Origin: Eledone cirrhosa
Taxonomy: Eukaryota
NCBI GenBank assembly: GCA_964016885.1
Contig: OZ024744.1
Span: 81,096,001 to 81,160,000 of the forward strand
Length of the DNA stretch: 64,000 nucleotides
Reading direction: 5' to 3'
Shown: positions 25,583 to 37,586 of the stretch, piece by piece
Numbering within the stretch: the first letter of the stretch is position 1
How the letters are laid out: every line of letters begins with the position of its first letter
Program-made: the position numbers and the translations under genes
The notes under the pieces: model-generated
What the model saw: the letters and a program-made list of their open reading frames with translations, nothing else
Databases searched by the model: none
Told to the model about the DNA's origin: nothing

Positions 25583-27622
25583 AGGGTGGTGCATTGGCAG
25601 AATCAGTAGAGCATCAGACACTATGCTTTTCAGTATAGAGTTATGTCCTTTTATGTTCTGAGTTCAAATTCTGCCGAGGTTAGCTTTGCTTTTTATCCTT
25701 ATGGGGTTGATAAATAAAGCACCAGTAATGTACTGGGGTTGATTTAATCGACTTTCCCCTCCCCAACTAAAAAAATTGTTGGCCTTGTGTCTAAATCAGA
25801 AACAATTATTATTATAATTTTTTTAAAAAGATCATAGATGTGTTTTGAATCAAATTTGTCTGGTATTTCTAGAATTTTGAGTGACTATGCAGCGGTTCCT
25901 TTGTTGGTTCATGTAAGTTGTTAAAGTAAAGGAAAAGTTGGATAAGTGACTGAGCACTGATGTACATCCCTGGTGATAGAGAGACAAACAGACATGTTGT
26001 TGTGGAGCTTCCTTCCATTTGGTTAGTATTATGTTGGGTAGGTGGCGAATTGGCAGAGTCGTTAAGATGTCAGATAGAATACTTTATGGTATTCATCCCA
26101 CCTCTTTGCGCGCTCTGAGTTCAAATCCTGCCATGGTCAACTTTGCCTTTCATTCTTTCAAGGTTGATAAAAAAAATTACCAGTCCAGTAACGGGGTCGA
26201 TTCTTCCTCTATAGAAAAAATTGGCTGTGTTCAAACCTGGAAAGGGTTGGGCTCCACCAGGTTTAAAAGTGCCCTAGACATGCTGTATGACGGTGCCTCT
26301 ACGGCTCCACAAGGAGTTATGGGATCTTTATCAATTATCCTTTATGTTGGGTTTATGGTTCAAATCCTGTCAAGATCAACTTTGCCTTTCATCCTTTTCA
26401 GGTCGATAAATAAAGTACCAGTTAAATACTGGGATTTATATAATCGACTTTCCCCTTCTCCCAAATTGCTGACAATAGAAAGCATCCAACAATAGAAAGA
26501 ATTATTATGCTGATGTTTGGAGCATAAACTTAACAACAGTTGCTACATAAAATTATGATGGAAGGTTTTCAGATAAATATAAATAATTTAAAACAGTTTA
26601 GTAGCATAAAACCATGGGTGGTTTCAGGTAGTTTGGTATTAAAAGGGTTTATCTAAGTACTTAAAGACAGATAATTTATTTCTATTTTAGAGGGTCTATG
26701 GATAAATATTTTTATAGATGTTTCCCATATCAAACATTGTCAGAAGATTGCTGAGTCAAGGCATAGGGATCATTAACCCTTTTATACCAATATCCCTAAT
26801 GAGACACATGGTATTTAAATTAATTAATGAAGAATTTAGAGAGATTTAATAGAACTATTTTATTCCCGGAGAGGGATGGTTTCTGCTATATTTAAAATCC
26901 CAAGACATTAGTGGTAAGAAACTCTCAGGGAAGCTGGCTTTGTGGTATCTAATTACGGCTTTCTACATTCTGAGTTCAAATCCTGCTGTGGTCAACTTTG
27001 AATTTCATCTTTCCAGGGTCAATAAAATAAACTACCAGTAATGCACTGGTGTCAATGTAATTGACTTTTGACTCCCCCCAAATTGCTGACCTTGTGCCAA
27101 TGTTAGAAAGAATTATTATATTCCTCCGTTTTCATTAGCAAATTAAATTTTTAATAGTGAATAAATGAAATTTATGAAATCTAGCAAGGGATTTGATGTG
27201 TGTAAGAGGTATAGGCAGCAAATTGGCAGATCATTAGAATGTCAGAAGACTTTATAGTATTCGTTCCGGCTCTCTGCCCTCAAAAGTTCAAATCCTGCTG
27301 TGGTCAACTTTGTCTTTCATCCTTTTGAGGTCGATAAAAAAGTACCAGTCTAGTACTGGGGTCGGTTCTTCCTCTATATCTCTTTCTCATTTCTTCTCTC
27401 TCACTTTCTATCTTTCTCTGCAAGAAATCTGCTGTACTCAGGCCTGGGGATGATTGGGCTCTGCCAGGCTTAAAATGCCCAAGAAACACTGTATGTTAAT
27501 ATGGTGCCCCTACAACTCTATCATGAGTTACGAGACATTATATACATACATACTGATAAAATAAAGTACCAGTAATGCACTGGGTGATTGCTGGCCTTGT
27601 GCCTAAAGTAGAAACAATTATA
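25583..27622 (+). mobile_element. Cluster of family C SINEs, partly nested in MITE remnants
   Basis: Units starting near 25583, 26040, 26930 and 27220; some carry an extra internal segment. Confidence 0.7.
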
Positions 27623-27807
27623 TACATACAAGGGAAAGGTAAGAGTGGACGAATCATAGCCAAATAAATAGCTAAAGAGTCTGCATTGTGATCATTATGT
27701 AACATCTTGAGCAAGTATCTTTACCACAGCTTTGTGGGTAGACAGAAACTGCTGAAGCCCATTGGCTGGATTGTACCTGTAATGCAAAGGTCTGGCTTGA
27801 TTACATA

Positions 27808-28354
27808 CTAGCCGAGGTACCCAGCTTCGCCCAGAAGAGAGAAAATGACTGTATTCGATGTGTTGTATGGTATGAGGTGAGACCGTAATGTGTGTGAGTG
27901 TTTATGCGAAAGACATTAAAAAAGGGGGAGTAAACTGCCAATTAAATGGTAGCATTGGCCTTGGATTTTAAATGTGAAATAACCATAGTCAGTATGATCT
28001 TTTTCAGCTCCAAAGGACGTCATCTGAAACACAGCAATATACTGCATAACATTGCTTCTGAAGTGTTTAGCTTCGTTAGTACGGACTGTAAGTAGTATAT
28101 AGATAAAAGCTGGAGGGTAGATTAATTTCAAATAGTATCAATTTTTCTGTAAAACGACTTTATAAAAGCTAATGCAATATTGTTAAAACTTCTTAGAGAT
28201 CAACGGATCTATAATTTAAGCCATTTTGAGACTTTCGTGGGACGTTACTGTCTCTCTCTCTCTTTAGATGTGTGTGTATGTATTTGTGTGTGTGTGTGTG
28301 TGTGTAGTTTTTGTGTGATTCCACCAATAAACATCTCTCTTTTATATATATAGA
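27808..28354 (-). mobile_element. Internally deleted Helitron retaining a RepHel fragment
   Basis: Minus strand A|TCTATATATAT...CTGGGCGAAGCTGGGTACCTCGG-CTAG|T. ORF 27916..28131 contains FQMTSFGA...TFKIQGQCYHLIGSLLP, characteristic of the Helitron RepHel N-terminal region. Confidence 0.85.
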
Positions 28355-29040
28355 TTGTGTCATGCTGATAAAGCTTTGGAATGGGAACTAGATTCAAGGT
28401 ACACACATCTTTGGAATACTCAACCCTTTAAATATTAATTCATGAGTTAGACATACACTTTGTCAAAAATGATAAAGAATCCATCCAGGGTGTATAAGGG
28501 GTAGGGGTAGGATTTTCTACTAAGACAATGAAGGCAACAAAACAATCACAAAATATTTCTTTATTATATTATAGTTTTGCTATTATATCATTTAGCTCAG
28601 AAGAGAGTGGATTTGGCGGAGTTATTAGAGCATCAAATAGATGCCTAGCAGTATTTGTTCCAGTTCTTTATATTCTGAGTTCAAATCTCACCGAGGTCAA
28701 CTTTCTAGGATTGATAAAATAAAGTACCAGTGAAGAATTGGGTTGATATCATCGGCTTTTCCCATAGTCACAAGATATTCTCATGGAATGACCAAATGGG
28801 GTTTATTTTTCAACATAGTCCCTGGAAAGAAACAATGCAGTTATTAATAAGAAGAGTTGAAATTAATGCATGCAAGATTTCACAGCTCTAGCATCATAGC
28901 ATCAATCCTTCATAGTCAGTCTATGAACTTTTCAACTGAGCCTCATATCTTAACATGAATGGACCTGTTATTTTTTTCTAAAGACATTTTCTCCAATTCC
29001 AACCCACCTGTCCCCTCAATCTATCTTATTTCTCATCCTT

Positions 29041-29076
29041 TCTTCTGATGAAGGACTAGCATCCGAAACGTTTAGA
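29041..29076 (+). ncRNA. Minimal type I hammerhead-ribozyme-like motif in a probable Penelope-type terminal repeat
   Basis: tctt-CTGATGA-a-gga-ctagca-tcc-GAAAC-gtt-taga; pyrimidine-rich flanks; the segment ends in (TA)n. Confidence 0.6.
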
Positions 29077-29461
29077 CCCTCTTCCTGCTATATCAAGCGT
29101 TAACCTAATATATCCCTTCCATATACTGTACCGATTGTGTTGTTATTTCTGTTTACCTTTTACATATATATATATATAAAACAGTCGATCGACTTTCATC
29201 AAATCGGACCAAGGAAACAATGTTTCCATTGGTCTTTGCAATTGCTAATACTATCTATCGGTCACAACTCCAGGTAGAAGGAGCAGCGTCAAATAAAGTG
29301 TCTTGCTCAAGGACATAACGCATCAACTGGTCCGGGAATCAAACTCAGGACCTCATGATTGCAAATCAGCCATACATCTGAGGTGATCATCCATGTCTTG
29401 CTCATATAGGACTGTTTCTGGCTTGGTTTCTACAGCTGGATGCCCTTCTTAACGCCAACCT

Positions 29462-30990
29462 CATTTACAGTGCATGCTGGGTGCTTTTTGTCGTGACACC
29501 TACACAACCACTTTACAGTGTGTGCTGTGTACTTTTTGTCGTCACACCTACACAACCACTTTACAGTGTGTGCTGTGTACTTTTTGTCGTGACACCTAGA
29601 CAACCACTTTACAGTGTGTGCTGTGTACTTTTTGTCATGACACCTACACAACCACTTTACAGTGTGTGCTGTGTACTTTTTGTCATGACACCTACACAAC
29701 CACTTTACACTGTGTGCTGGGTGCTTTTTGTCATGATACCTACACAACCACATTTACAGTGTGCGCTGGGTGCTTTTTGTCGTGACACCACCTACACAAC
29801 CACTTTACACTGTGTGCTGGGTGCTTTTTGTTGCGACACCTACACAAGCACTTTACAGTGTGTGCTGGGTGCTTTTTGTCATGACACCTACACAAGCACT
29901 TTACAGTGTGTGCTGGGTGTTTTTTGTCATGACACCTACACAAGCACTTTACAGTGTGTGCTGGGTGTTTTTTGTCATGACACCTACACAAGCACTTTAC
30001 AGTGTGTGCTGTGTACTTTTTGTTATGATACCTACATAACCACTTTACAGTGTGGGCTGGGTGCTTTTTGTTGTGACACCTACACAACCACTTAACAGTG
30101 TGTGCTGGGTGCTTTTTGCCGTGACACCTACACAACCACTTTACACTGTGTGCTGGGTGCTTTTTGTTGTGACACCTACACAACCACTTTACAGTGTGGG
30201 CTGGGTACTTTTTGTCGTGACACCTACACAACCACTTTACAATGTGTGCTGGGTACTTTTTGCCGTGACACCTACACAACCACTTTACACTGTGTGCTGG
30301 GTGCTTTTTGTTGTGACACCTACACAACCACTTTACAGTGTGTGCTGGGTGCTTTTTGCCGTGACACCTACACAACCACTTTACGCTGTGTGCTGGGTGC
30401 TTTTTGTTGTGACACCTACACAACCACTTTACAGTTGGGGCTGGGTACTTTTTGTCGTGACACCTACACAACCACTTTACAATGTGTGCTGGGTACTTTT
30501 TGCCGTGACACCTACACAACCACTTTACAGTGTGTGCTGGGTGTTTTTTGTTGTGACACCTACACAACCACTTTACACTGTGTGCTGGGTGTTTTTTGTT
30601 GTGACACCTACACAACCACTTAACAGTGTGTGCTGGGTGCTTTTTGCCGTGACACCTACACAACCACTTTACAGTGTGGGCTGGGTGCTTTTTGTTGTGA
30701 CACCTACACAACCACTTTACAGTGTGGGCTGGGTGCTTTTTGTCATGACACCTACACAACCACTTAACAGTGTGTGCTGGGTGCTTTTTGTCGTGACACC
30801 TACACAACCACTTTACAGTGTGTGCTGGGTGCTTTTTGTCATGACACCTACACAACCACTTTACAGTATGTGCTGTGTACTTTTTGTTGTGACACCTACA
30901 CAACCACTTAACAGTGTGTGCTGTGTACTTTTTGCCGTGATACCTACACAACCATTTTACAGTATGTGCTGGGTGCTTTTTGTTGTGACA
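29462..30990. repeat. 48-bp minisatellite (about 32 copies) expanded from a SINE family B internal segment
   Basis: Unit ttacagtgtgtgctgggtgctttttgtcgtgacacctacacaaccact, giving 16-aa periodicity in the ORFs. Preceded by the SINE sequence tttctacagctggatgcccttc. Confidence 0.95.
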
Positions 30991-30993
30991 TCT

Positions 30994-31369
30994 ACTCTCG
31001 GGTCCCAAATAATAGGGGAGTTGGAATAAGCGGGCAGGGGAGGTTGGACATTTACTTAAATTCTTATAAGTGGGGGGTGGGGGTGGAATAAGTGGGGTAG
31101 GGTTAAGAATTCAGTAATTGTATAGTGTACGTTTGTAAATATGGGATTTCTTGTAATGTTCTTTTTTTTGTCATATATAATGTCTTTTTAATATAAAATA
31201 AAATTATTATTAGATTCTCCAGCTGCTGTATCAATATGAATTACTAACAATAAAATTTTTCCAGACATAGATTAGCAAAATTTATTAAGTGGGGTGAGGT
31301 ATGTGGGGATGGAAAAAAATCTGAAAAATTAATAAGCAGGGTTGGGGGACAATTATTCAAGACCTGAGA
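30994..31369. mobile_element. Tc1/mariner-type MITE (partial second copy at about 61330-61521)
   Basis: TA-flanked imperfect TIRs ctctcgggtcccaaataat / attattcaagacctgagag. Confidence 0.55.
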
Positions 31370-32265
31370 GTACACGACCACTTTGTATAAATTAATGTTG
31401 TTGTTGTTGTTGTTGTTGTTTGCATGAATCCACACAGTCTATTATCAATTATTATTTCTATTTTTGTCTTACTTCAATTTCAGTTTTGCTCTATTGGTAA
31501 CATAAGTTGCTGTCTGCAACTAATCCAGGCTCTGCTGCACTTCGAGCCGAGGAAGGTAAACTGTCCAAATATCGGTGGAGCCTGTAGCAGTGGGGACTTC
31601 TGGTTTCCTTGGCTCTAGGGCCACCTCCCTACTTACCACCATCAGCATGGAGTTGGTTACCTGCAGGTATGAGCCTCGCGAGCTGGAATGGTTCTTTTAA
31701 CGCGTCTTCCTCCCCATACTCCAGGGAATCACCTTCTTTATTCTGTCCACTGGGGCTGCATGTCGACCAGTGCATGGGCTCCCATTTACTCATAATAATT
31801 GTTTCTACTTTAGGCACAAGGCCAGCAATTACCCAGTACATTTCTGGTACTTTATTTTATCGACCCCGTAAGGATGAAAGGCAAAGTCGACCTCGGCGGG
31901 ATTTGAACTCAGATCATAAAGGGACGTAACTATGCTTCAAAGCATGGCGTCCGACCCTCTACCGATACTGCCAATCCTATGCTCATAATAATGAGAGATG
32001 GAAAGAGTGGGAGAGACGGAGGCAGTGACAGTGGGAGTTTGGACCTGGTGTATATGAGAGGTGGGTAAAGCAAGAGAGATAGGGGCAGTGAGAGTGGGAG
32101 TTTGGTTCCTTTGTATATATATACATATACACCTGGTGTATATGTATAGGTTTCACGGGGACACGGGGACACACTCAGAGAATTACTTTGAAGGCTGAAG
32201 CTGCTGTTATTACATATGATTGTTTCAATACTAGTAAGTATGTTTTGAAACAGCGAGCGAGTTTC

Positions 32266-32467
32266 AAACTAGAAATAGAAGCTTTCACCGTATTTTTGAC
32301 TAAAGAAAGTTTAGCCTGAGAGTGGAGTTTAGAACCCTCTAAGAAATGGAAAAAGATGAGTATTCGTCAATACTCATCTTTTTTCATTTCTTAGAGGGTT
32401 CTAAACTCTACTCTCAGGCTAAATTTTTTTTAGTCAAAAATACTGCGAAAGCTTCTATTTCTAGTTT
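32266..32467. repeat. Near-perfect palindrome with 99-bp arms and a 4-nt loop
   Basis: aaactagaaatagaagctttc...gatgagtatt-cgtc-aatactcatc...gaaagcttctatttctagttt. Confidence 0.92.
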
Positions 32468-33225
32468 CAATACTGTTTTACTCTTTTACCTGTTCCAGCT
32501 CATGAGCTGTCACTTCATTTTTTTGTATAGGATTTTTTTTAAAGTCTCTGATTATGAAGTATTTTATTTGTTATTGGTTACCATTCCTATTATAATGTTT
32601 TATGTATTTTTTAAGAATTCTTTTTTTTTTGTTCTTCTAATGAATGTTGTGGAACTACAAGCCATCTGTAACAGATTGGGCAAAGCATTTGATTGGAATT
32701 TTTAACTATAGTCTCAACATGGATATTAAATAGTGTTGGATGTTGCAAGTTAAATGATTTTCCTCTCCCCAAAATTGCTAGCCTTGTGCTTATAATAGAA
32801 ATTATCATCATCATCATCATTATCATCATCATTATCATCACCATTATTAGAGTGGTGGATTGGCAGTATCGGTAGAGGGTTGGACACCATGCTTTGCAGC
32901 AGAGTTACATCCCTTTACTTTCTGAGTTCAAATCCCGCTGAGGTTAGCTTTGCTTTTCATCTTTATGGGGTCAATAAAATAAAGCACCACGGGTCGATTT
33001 AATTGACTCCTCCCCGCCAAAATTGCTGGCCTTGTGCCTATAGTAGAAATCATCATTATAAATAAATAAATAAAGAAAGAAAGAAAGCATTATTATTATC
33101 ATAAGGGTGGTTGATTGGCAGTATCGGTAGAATTACGGCCCTTTACGGTCTGAGTTAACTGGGTAATTGCTGGCCTTGTGCCAAAAAGTAGAAACCATTA
33201 TTATTATTTTTTTTTTTTTTTTTAC

Positions 33226-33305
33226 ACGCAGAAATGCCCATTTGTACCGTCCTGTACTGTCCTTAATGTCTACTTTATGTAAACCCTTGTGGTTAATAAA
33301 GAAAG

Positions 33306-33337
<32 letters not shown>
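33226..33337 (+). mobile_element. Extreme 3' end of a Tx1-like LINE with an (ATT)n tail
   Basis: gcagaaatgcccatttgtacc...aaacccttg matches 48097-48159; followed by aataaagaaagc(att)n. Confidence 0.85.
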
Positions 33338-33338
<1 letters not shown>

Positions 33339-34789
33339 GGAAGTAGACACGTCGCAGACAATTTTGTTCCCGTAAGTTTGCGATTTTTGAACAGTTTTTA
33401 TTGCGAACTTAATGTAAAAATCATATTCTTTTGTGTTTAAACACACCCCACTTCTTTTGAAGTGGTCGAAATTAATCGGTATTTAGCCCTTCGGGGCTAA
33501 ATTCCAATTTGAACTTTGCATTTAACAAATAAATCCCATCGTGGAAGTAGACACGTCGCAAAAAAAACAACAGATCCAGCACCAACAACAAGACCAGCAG
33601 CAGCAGTAGCGGTGGCAACAATGGCGCCACTGAAAAAGAGACCACCACTTTTGCAAAAATAACTTGCAACATAGAAACAATGATTATCACAGAGGAGGAG
33701 ATGGCGGTCGCAAGACACATGGTAACCAGAACTGAATGTTCAGTGTCCTTGAAACCACCAACCGACTTCCTGGAGGAGCAAGAGCAACGCCCAGTGTTGT
33801 ACCGCACGATTGCCATGAAATCGCGTCGTGTGGAGAAAGCCTCGGAGGCCCAAATCCAGAAGGCCTTGGGAACTGTGTGGGCACGGAAAAGCCACATCAC
33901 CCATGGCAAGAAATATGCTACCGTGGACGTCCTTTTTGCTACCACCCAGGAAGCAAATTCGCACTCACTGAGGACCCTACGGAGTGATGACATAACGTTA
34001 GTCCTGTTTTACTGTGGGAAAAAAAATTGCATAGGTCAGGGTAATCCAGGTCCTGCCCTACGTACCCCTGCCTTGACTGGTCGTGTCTGGTCTAGCAGGC
34101 ATCGAAGATAAAACAACCATTCTGCAGTTACAGAAGTTGGGGAGAGAGGACTGGTCCGGTATTGGAATGGAGATGCTCATCCAAACCGACCAGGGCTGCA
34201 TCAGCGCTATTTCCGACGTAATAGACCTCGGGAATGGCTCCCAACTTCCCATATCTGTGGAAGGAAGGTGCCCAAAATGCTTCAACTGTGGATCAAAATC
34301 TCACCTCAGGGCTTTCTGCCCACAGAAAATATCAAAGGCGAAGGTCACCCTCCTTCCAGCTACCGGAACCGCTGCCATCAGAAGCAGAGAAGTCAGCGAA
34401 AAAGTCGGGAGCTTCTACAGAGAATAGGAAGACAACGTCCGTGGCACCCACACCAAAGCCATGGACAACAAAAACTGCGACGGCAGCAACAGAAACAGTT
34501 GCACTAGCTGCACCTGTGCCAAGAACGGCAGACCAGGCTCCACCACCACCACCACCACCACCACCACCATCAACAACAACATCAACAACAACAACAAAGA
34601 CAAATGAGAGGGTAGAACTCATACCCCTCCATGACCTCTCACAGTCGGACATGGAGTATGAGGCGGCTGAGGAGTGGAAAACGGTTGTTAACAAAAAAAA
34701 AAAAAATAATAAAAAACGAAAAAACACCTCAGCTCCTCCCTCCAAAAGCGAAGGCAAAGAAAGAAGAATAAAGACTGCAAGGAGACTTG

Positions 34790-35240
34790 CAGCAACACCA
34801 CCAAAATCACCATCACCACCAACAACAACCACACCACCACCAGCACCACCAAAATCACCATCACCACCAACAACAACCACACCACCACCAGCACCACCAA
34901 AATCACCATCACCACCAACAACAACCACACCACCACCAGCATCACCAAAATCACCAACACCACCAACAACAACCACACCACCACCAGCATCACCAAAATC
35001 ACCATCATCACCAACAACAACCACACCACCACCAGCATCACCAAAACCACCAACACCACCAACAACAACCACACCACCACCAGCATCACCAAAACCACCA
35101 ACACCAACCACACCACCACCAGCATCACCAAAACCACCAACACCACCAACAACAACCACACCACCACCAGCATCACCAAAACCACCAACACCACCAACAA
35201 CAACCACACCACCACCAGTATCACCAAAACCACCAACATC
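34790..35240 (+). repeat. 48-bp coding tandem repeat in Tx1 ORF1 (about 9 x PPKSPSPPTTTTPPPA-like)
   Basis: Periodicity visible in ORF 34234..35475. Confidence 0.9.
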
Positions 35241-35451
35241 ACAAACACAACAAAGCACACATACCCAACAGCAACAACAAGAAAACAACAAAACCACTCC
35301 CCCCCCCCCCAAAAAAAAGTACACAGCCATAAACATTGCACAGCAAGGACTAATGGAACACATAAAACACCACACCAATATTTCAGACGTAAATTACCAC
35401 ACACCACCAACACCAAGAACATTACCAAAAAACATTAACATTGTAGAAATT

Positions 35452-35959
35452 TGTAGCAGCCCCTTACGGCTGTAACTCAGCACGTATAGGATTGCGTCCC
35501 TTTGTGACGGTCGCGACTGACGGTGGCAGATACGTATAGGAGTTGCGTCCCTTTGTGATGGTCGCGACTCCCTGTGGCAGATCCATGTACTAAATGAAGT
35601 TGCGTCCCCCTGGGGACTATATATTTGAGGACAATCAAGGCATATCCCTCTCGCATCCTGAACTTCGAAGGAACAAGAAGAACACCTCAGACCTTGTCAA
35701 GAACACCTTAGACCTTGTCTCACTTCCTGCGCCGGCAGCCTAAAGAAACACTTGAACCTTACCAAGAGAAGATTTCTGTTCTTCTCTACACACTCCAGTC
35801 TTGGAGTTGTGACCAACATGTGGTAACAATTATTTATATTAATTTATTTGACTTCTGTGAAGTAAAACCATGTCACAACACTCACCTGCATTTATTGTCA
35901 TTCTTGATAATTTATATACACTGATACTAATATCCTAAAAATTGAACTCGAAAACTACA
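35452..35959 (+). mobile_element. Probable solo LTR inserted in Tx1 ORF1
   Basis: TGTAG...CTACA termini; internal duplicated ttgcgtccc...ggtcgcgact motifs; TATATAT box and AGTAAA. Absent at the homologous point of copy 2. TSD is not clean (an alternative start at 35442 gives aacat/aacaa). Confidence 0.65.
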
Positions 35960-37127
35960 AACAATTAAAACAAAAATTCCCCAACTGCGTTGGGGATTTT
36001 GAGGGCTCATTCTCCAAAGGAATATACAAAGATATCGTCTTGGAGACACCCATAACCAACTGAGGGGACGGTTCTACTGTCCCTTCCCCACACGATCAAG
36101 GTAAGTGATCCTTTCTCACTTGCCCCGTTCCTCATCCAACATGGCAGTACTTCGAAAAGGCAGCATAAATGCACGTGGCCTGGGGTCATCTTGGAAGCAG
36201 GGTCACCTGCTCAACGACCTCAGGTCACTAAACATATCATATATACTCGCCTATAGGTTGAACTTTTTTAACGATAAATAAGTATACATTTTTGGAGTAC
36301 GACCTATCCGATTGACATCAGACTGACCAATGATTTTTCATAGACTTAATCAACGATGGGTATTTATAAAAATAACTTTGTTAATATTTTTTATTATTTA
36401 ACATAATAATTTCATATATCTACCTTCTTATACATATACTTCTTAATTTTAAATTTTTTACTAAAACTTTGTAGTGTTTACGTTTTTTTCTATCTGACCG
36501 AACCATCCGTCATTAAAATCCATAGAAATGCATACCCGGTATTTAAAAAGTGACTTAATTGTCTTAGCGTTGCTATGAACACGTATTATAACGAATGCAC
36601 AGTTACAGATGAAGAAATGAAAAAACTATTTAATTGACAGGTGTAAAAGTAATAACTTTATGGATAAACACAAAAATTTAAACTTTATCTGCCTTGCCTG
36701 TTAGATTTGTTGCAAAAAGATTCAATAATGACTAGATGTTGACTTCCATCAATTCTAGTAGTTTTCTGAACAGGTGAATTAATTAAAAATGCAGATATAA
36801 TCAGTACAAGGTTTTAGTCTTTCTCTACATTCTAAGCAAATATTTTCATTGAAAAAAATGTATAAAACTTTTTCACCAGTCAAAATAATATTTGCAATGT
36901 ACTACACAATGTACGGTGTAAATTTACGTAACAGAGTGTTCCAATATATAAGTTCATTAACAGGTGTGAACATGTATCTTCCAACCACGTTGCTGTAATA
37001 TTTTTAATGGTGTCAGTCAGATCTTCGCTTTCACTTTCAAAGTAACTATCATCGTCAGAAATAAATACGCCTGATTCATTTGAAGATAAATCACTAATAT
37101 TATCTTGTGTTTCATTTTAATTTCGAA

Positions 37128-37586
37128 TGTGGGTATGGTGTGGCGTGCAGTGGCTGCAGGTGCCTAGTGGTGCCTAGCAACGGGGTGAACGCCAGTTTGG
37201 GCAGTGTCTAGCAACGGGGTGAACGCAAGTTTGGGCAGTACCTAGCGTAGTACCTAGCAACGGGGTGAACGCCAGTTTGGGCAGTGTCTAGCAACGGGGT
37301 GAACGCAAGTTTGGGCAGTACCTAGCGTAGTACCTAGCAACGGGGTAAACGCCAGTTTGGGATCACCCGGTGCTAGGCAGTTGGAAGCAGGCAGGCGAGA
37401 AGTAAGGAGCAGTGACGATAGCAGCGCTAGTGAAAAGAGCAAAACGATATGGGACTGTTGATACGAAGATAGAGACGGCCAACCGAGGAAGACGGATGTA
37501 CAAGAAATGGTCTTCAAACTACTATGCAGTGGAGATTGAGCGGCGCCTTTGAAAAGCGGTAAGTGAGATAGCTTTTTCAAACCACA
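37128..37586 (+). repeat. 5' LTR (459 bp)
   Basis: tgtgggtatgg...aaccaca; matches 41306-41684 plus an extra 80-bp unit. Confidence 0.95.

Noticed and set aside
26019-26495. 158-aa ORF
   Set aside because: It lies entirely within SINE sequence.
29462-30990. CRISPR-like array
   Set aside because: Units are contiguous near-identical 48-mers with no unique spacers, there are no cas genes, the context is eukaryotic, and the unit derives from a SINE.
34332-35428. Long Gly/Val-rich, Leu/Val-rich and His/Gln-rich ORFs
   Set aside because: They are off-frame or antisense readings of the C/A-rich tandem repeat in Tx1 ORF1.
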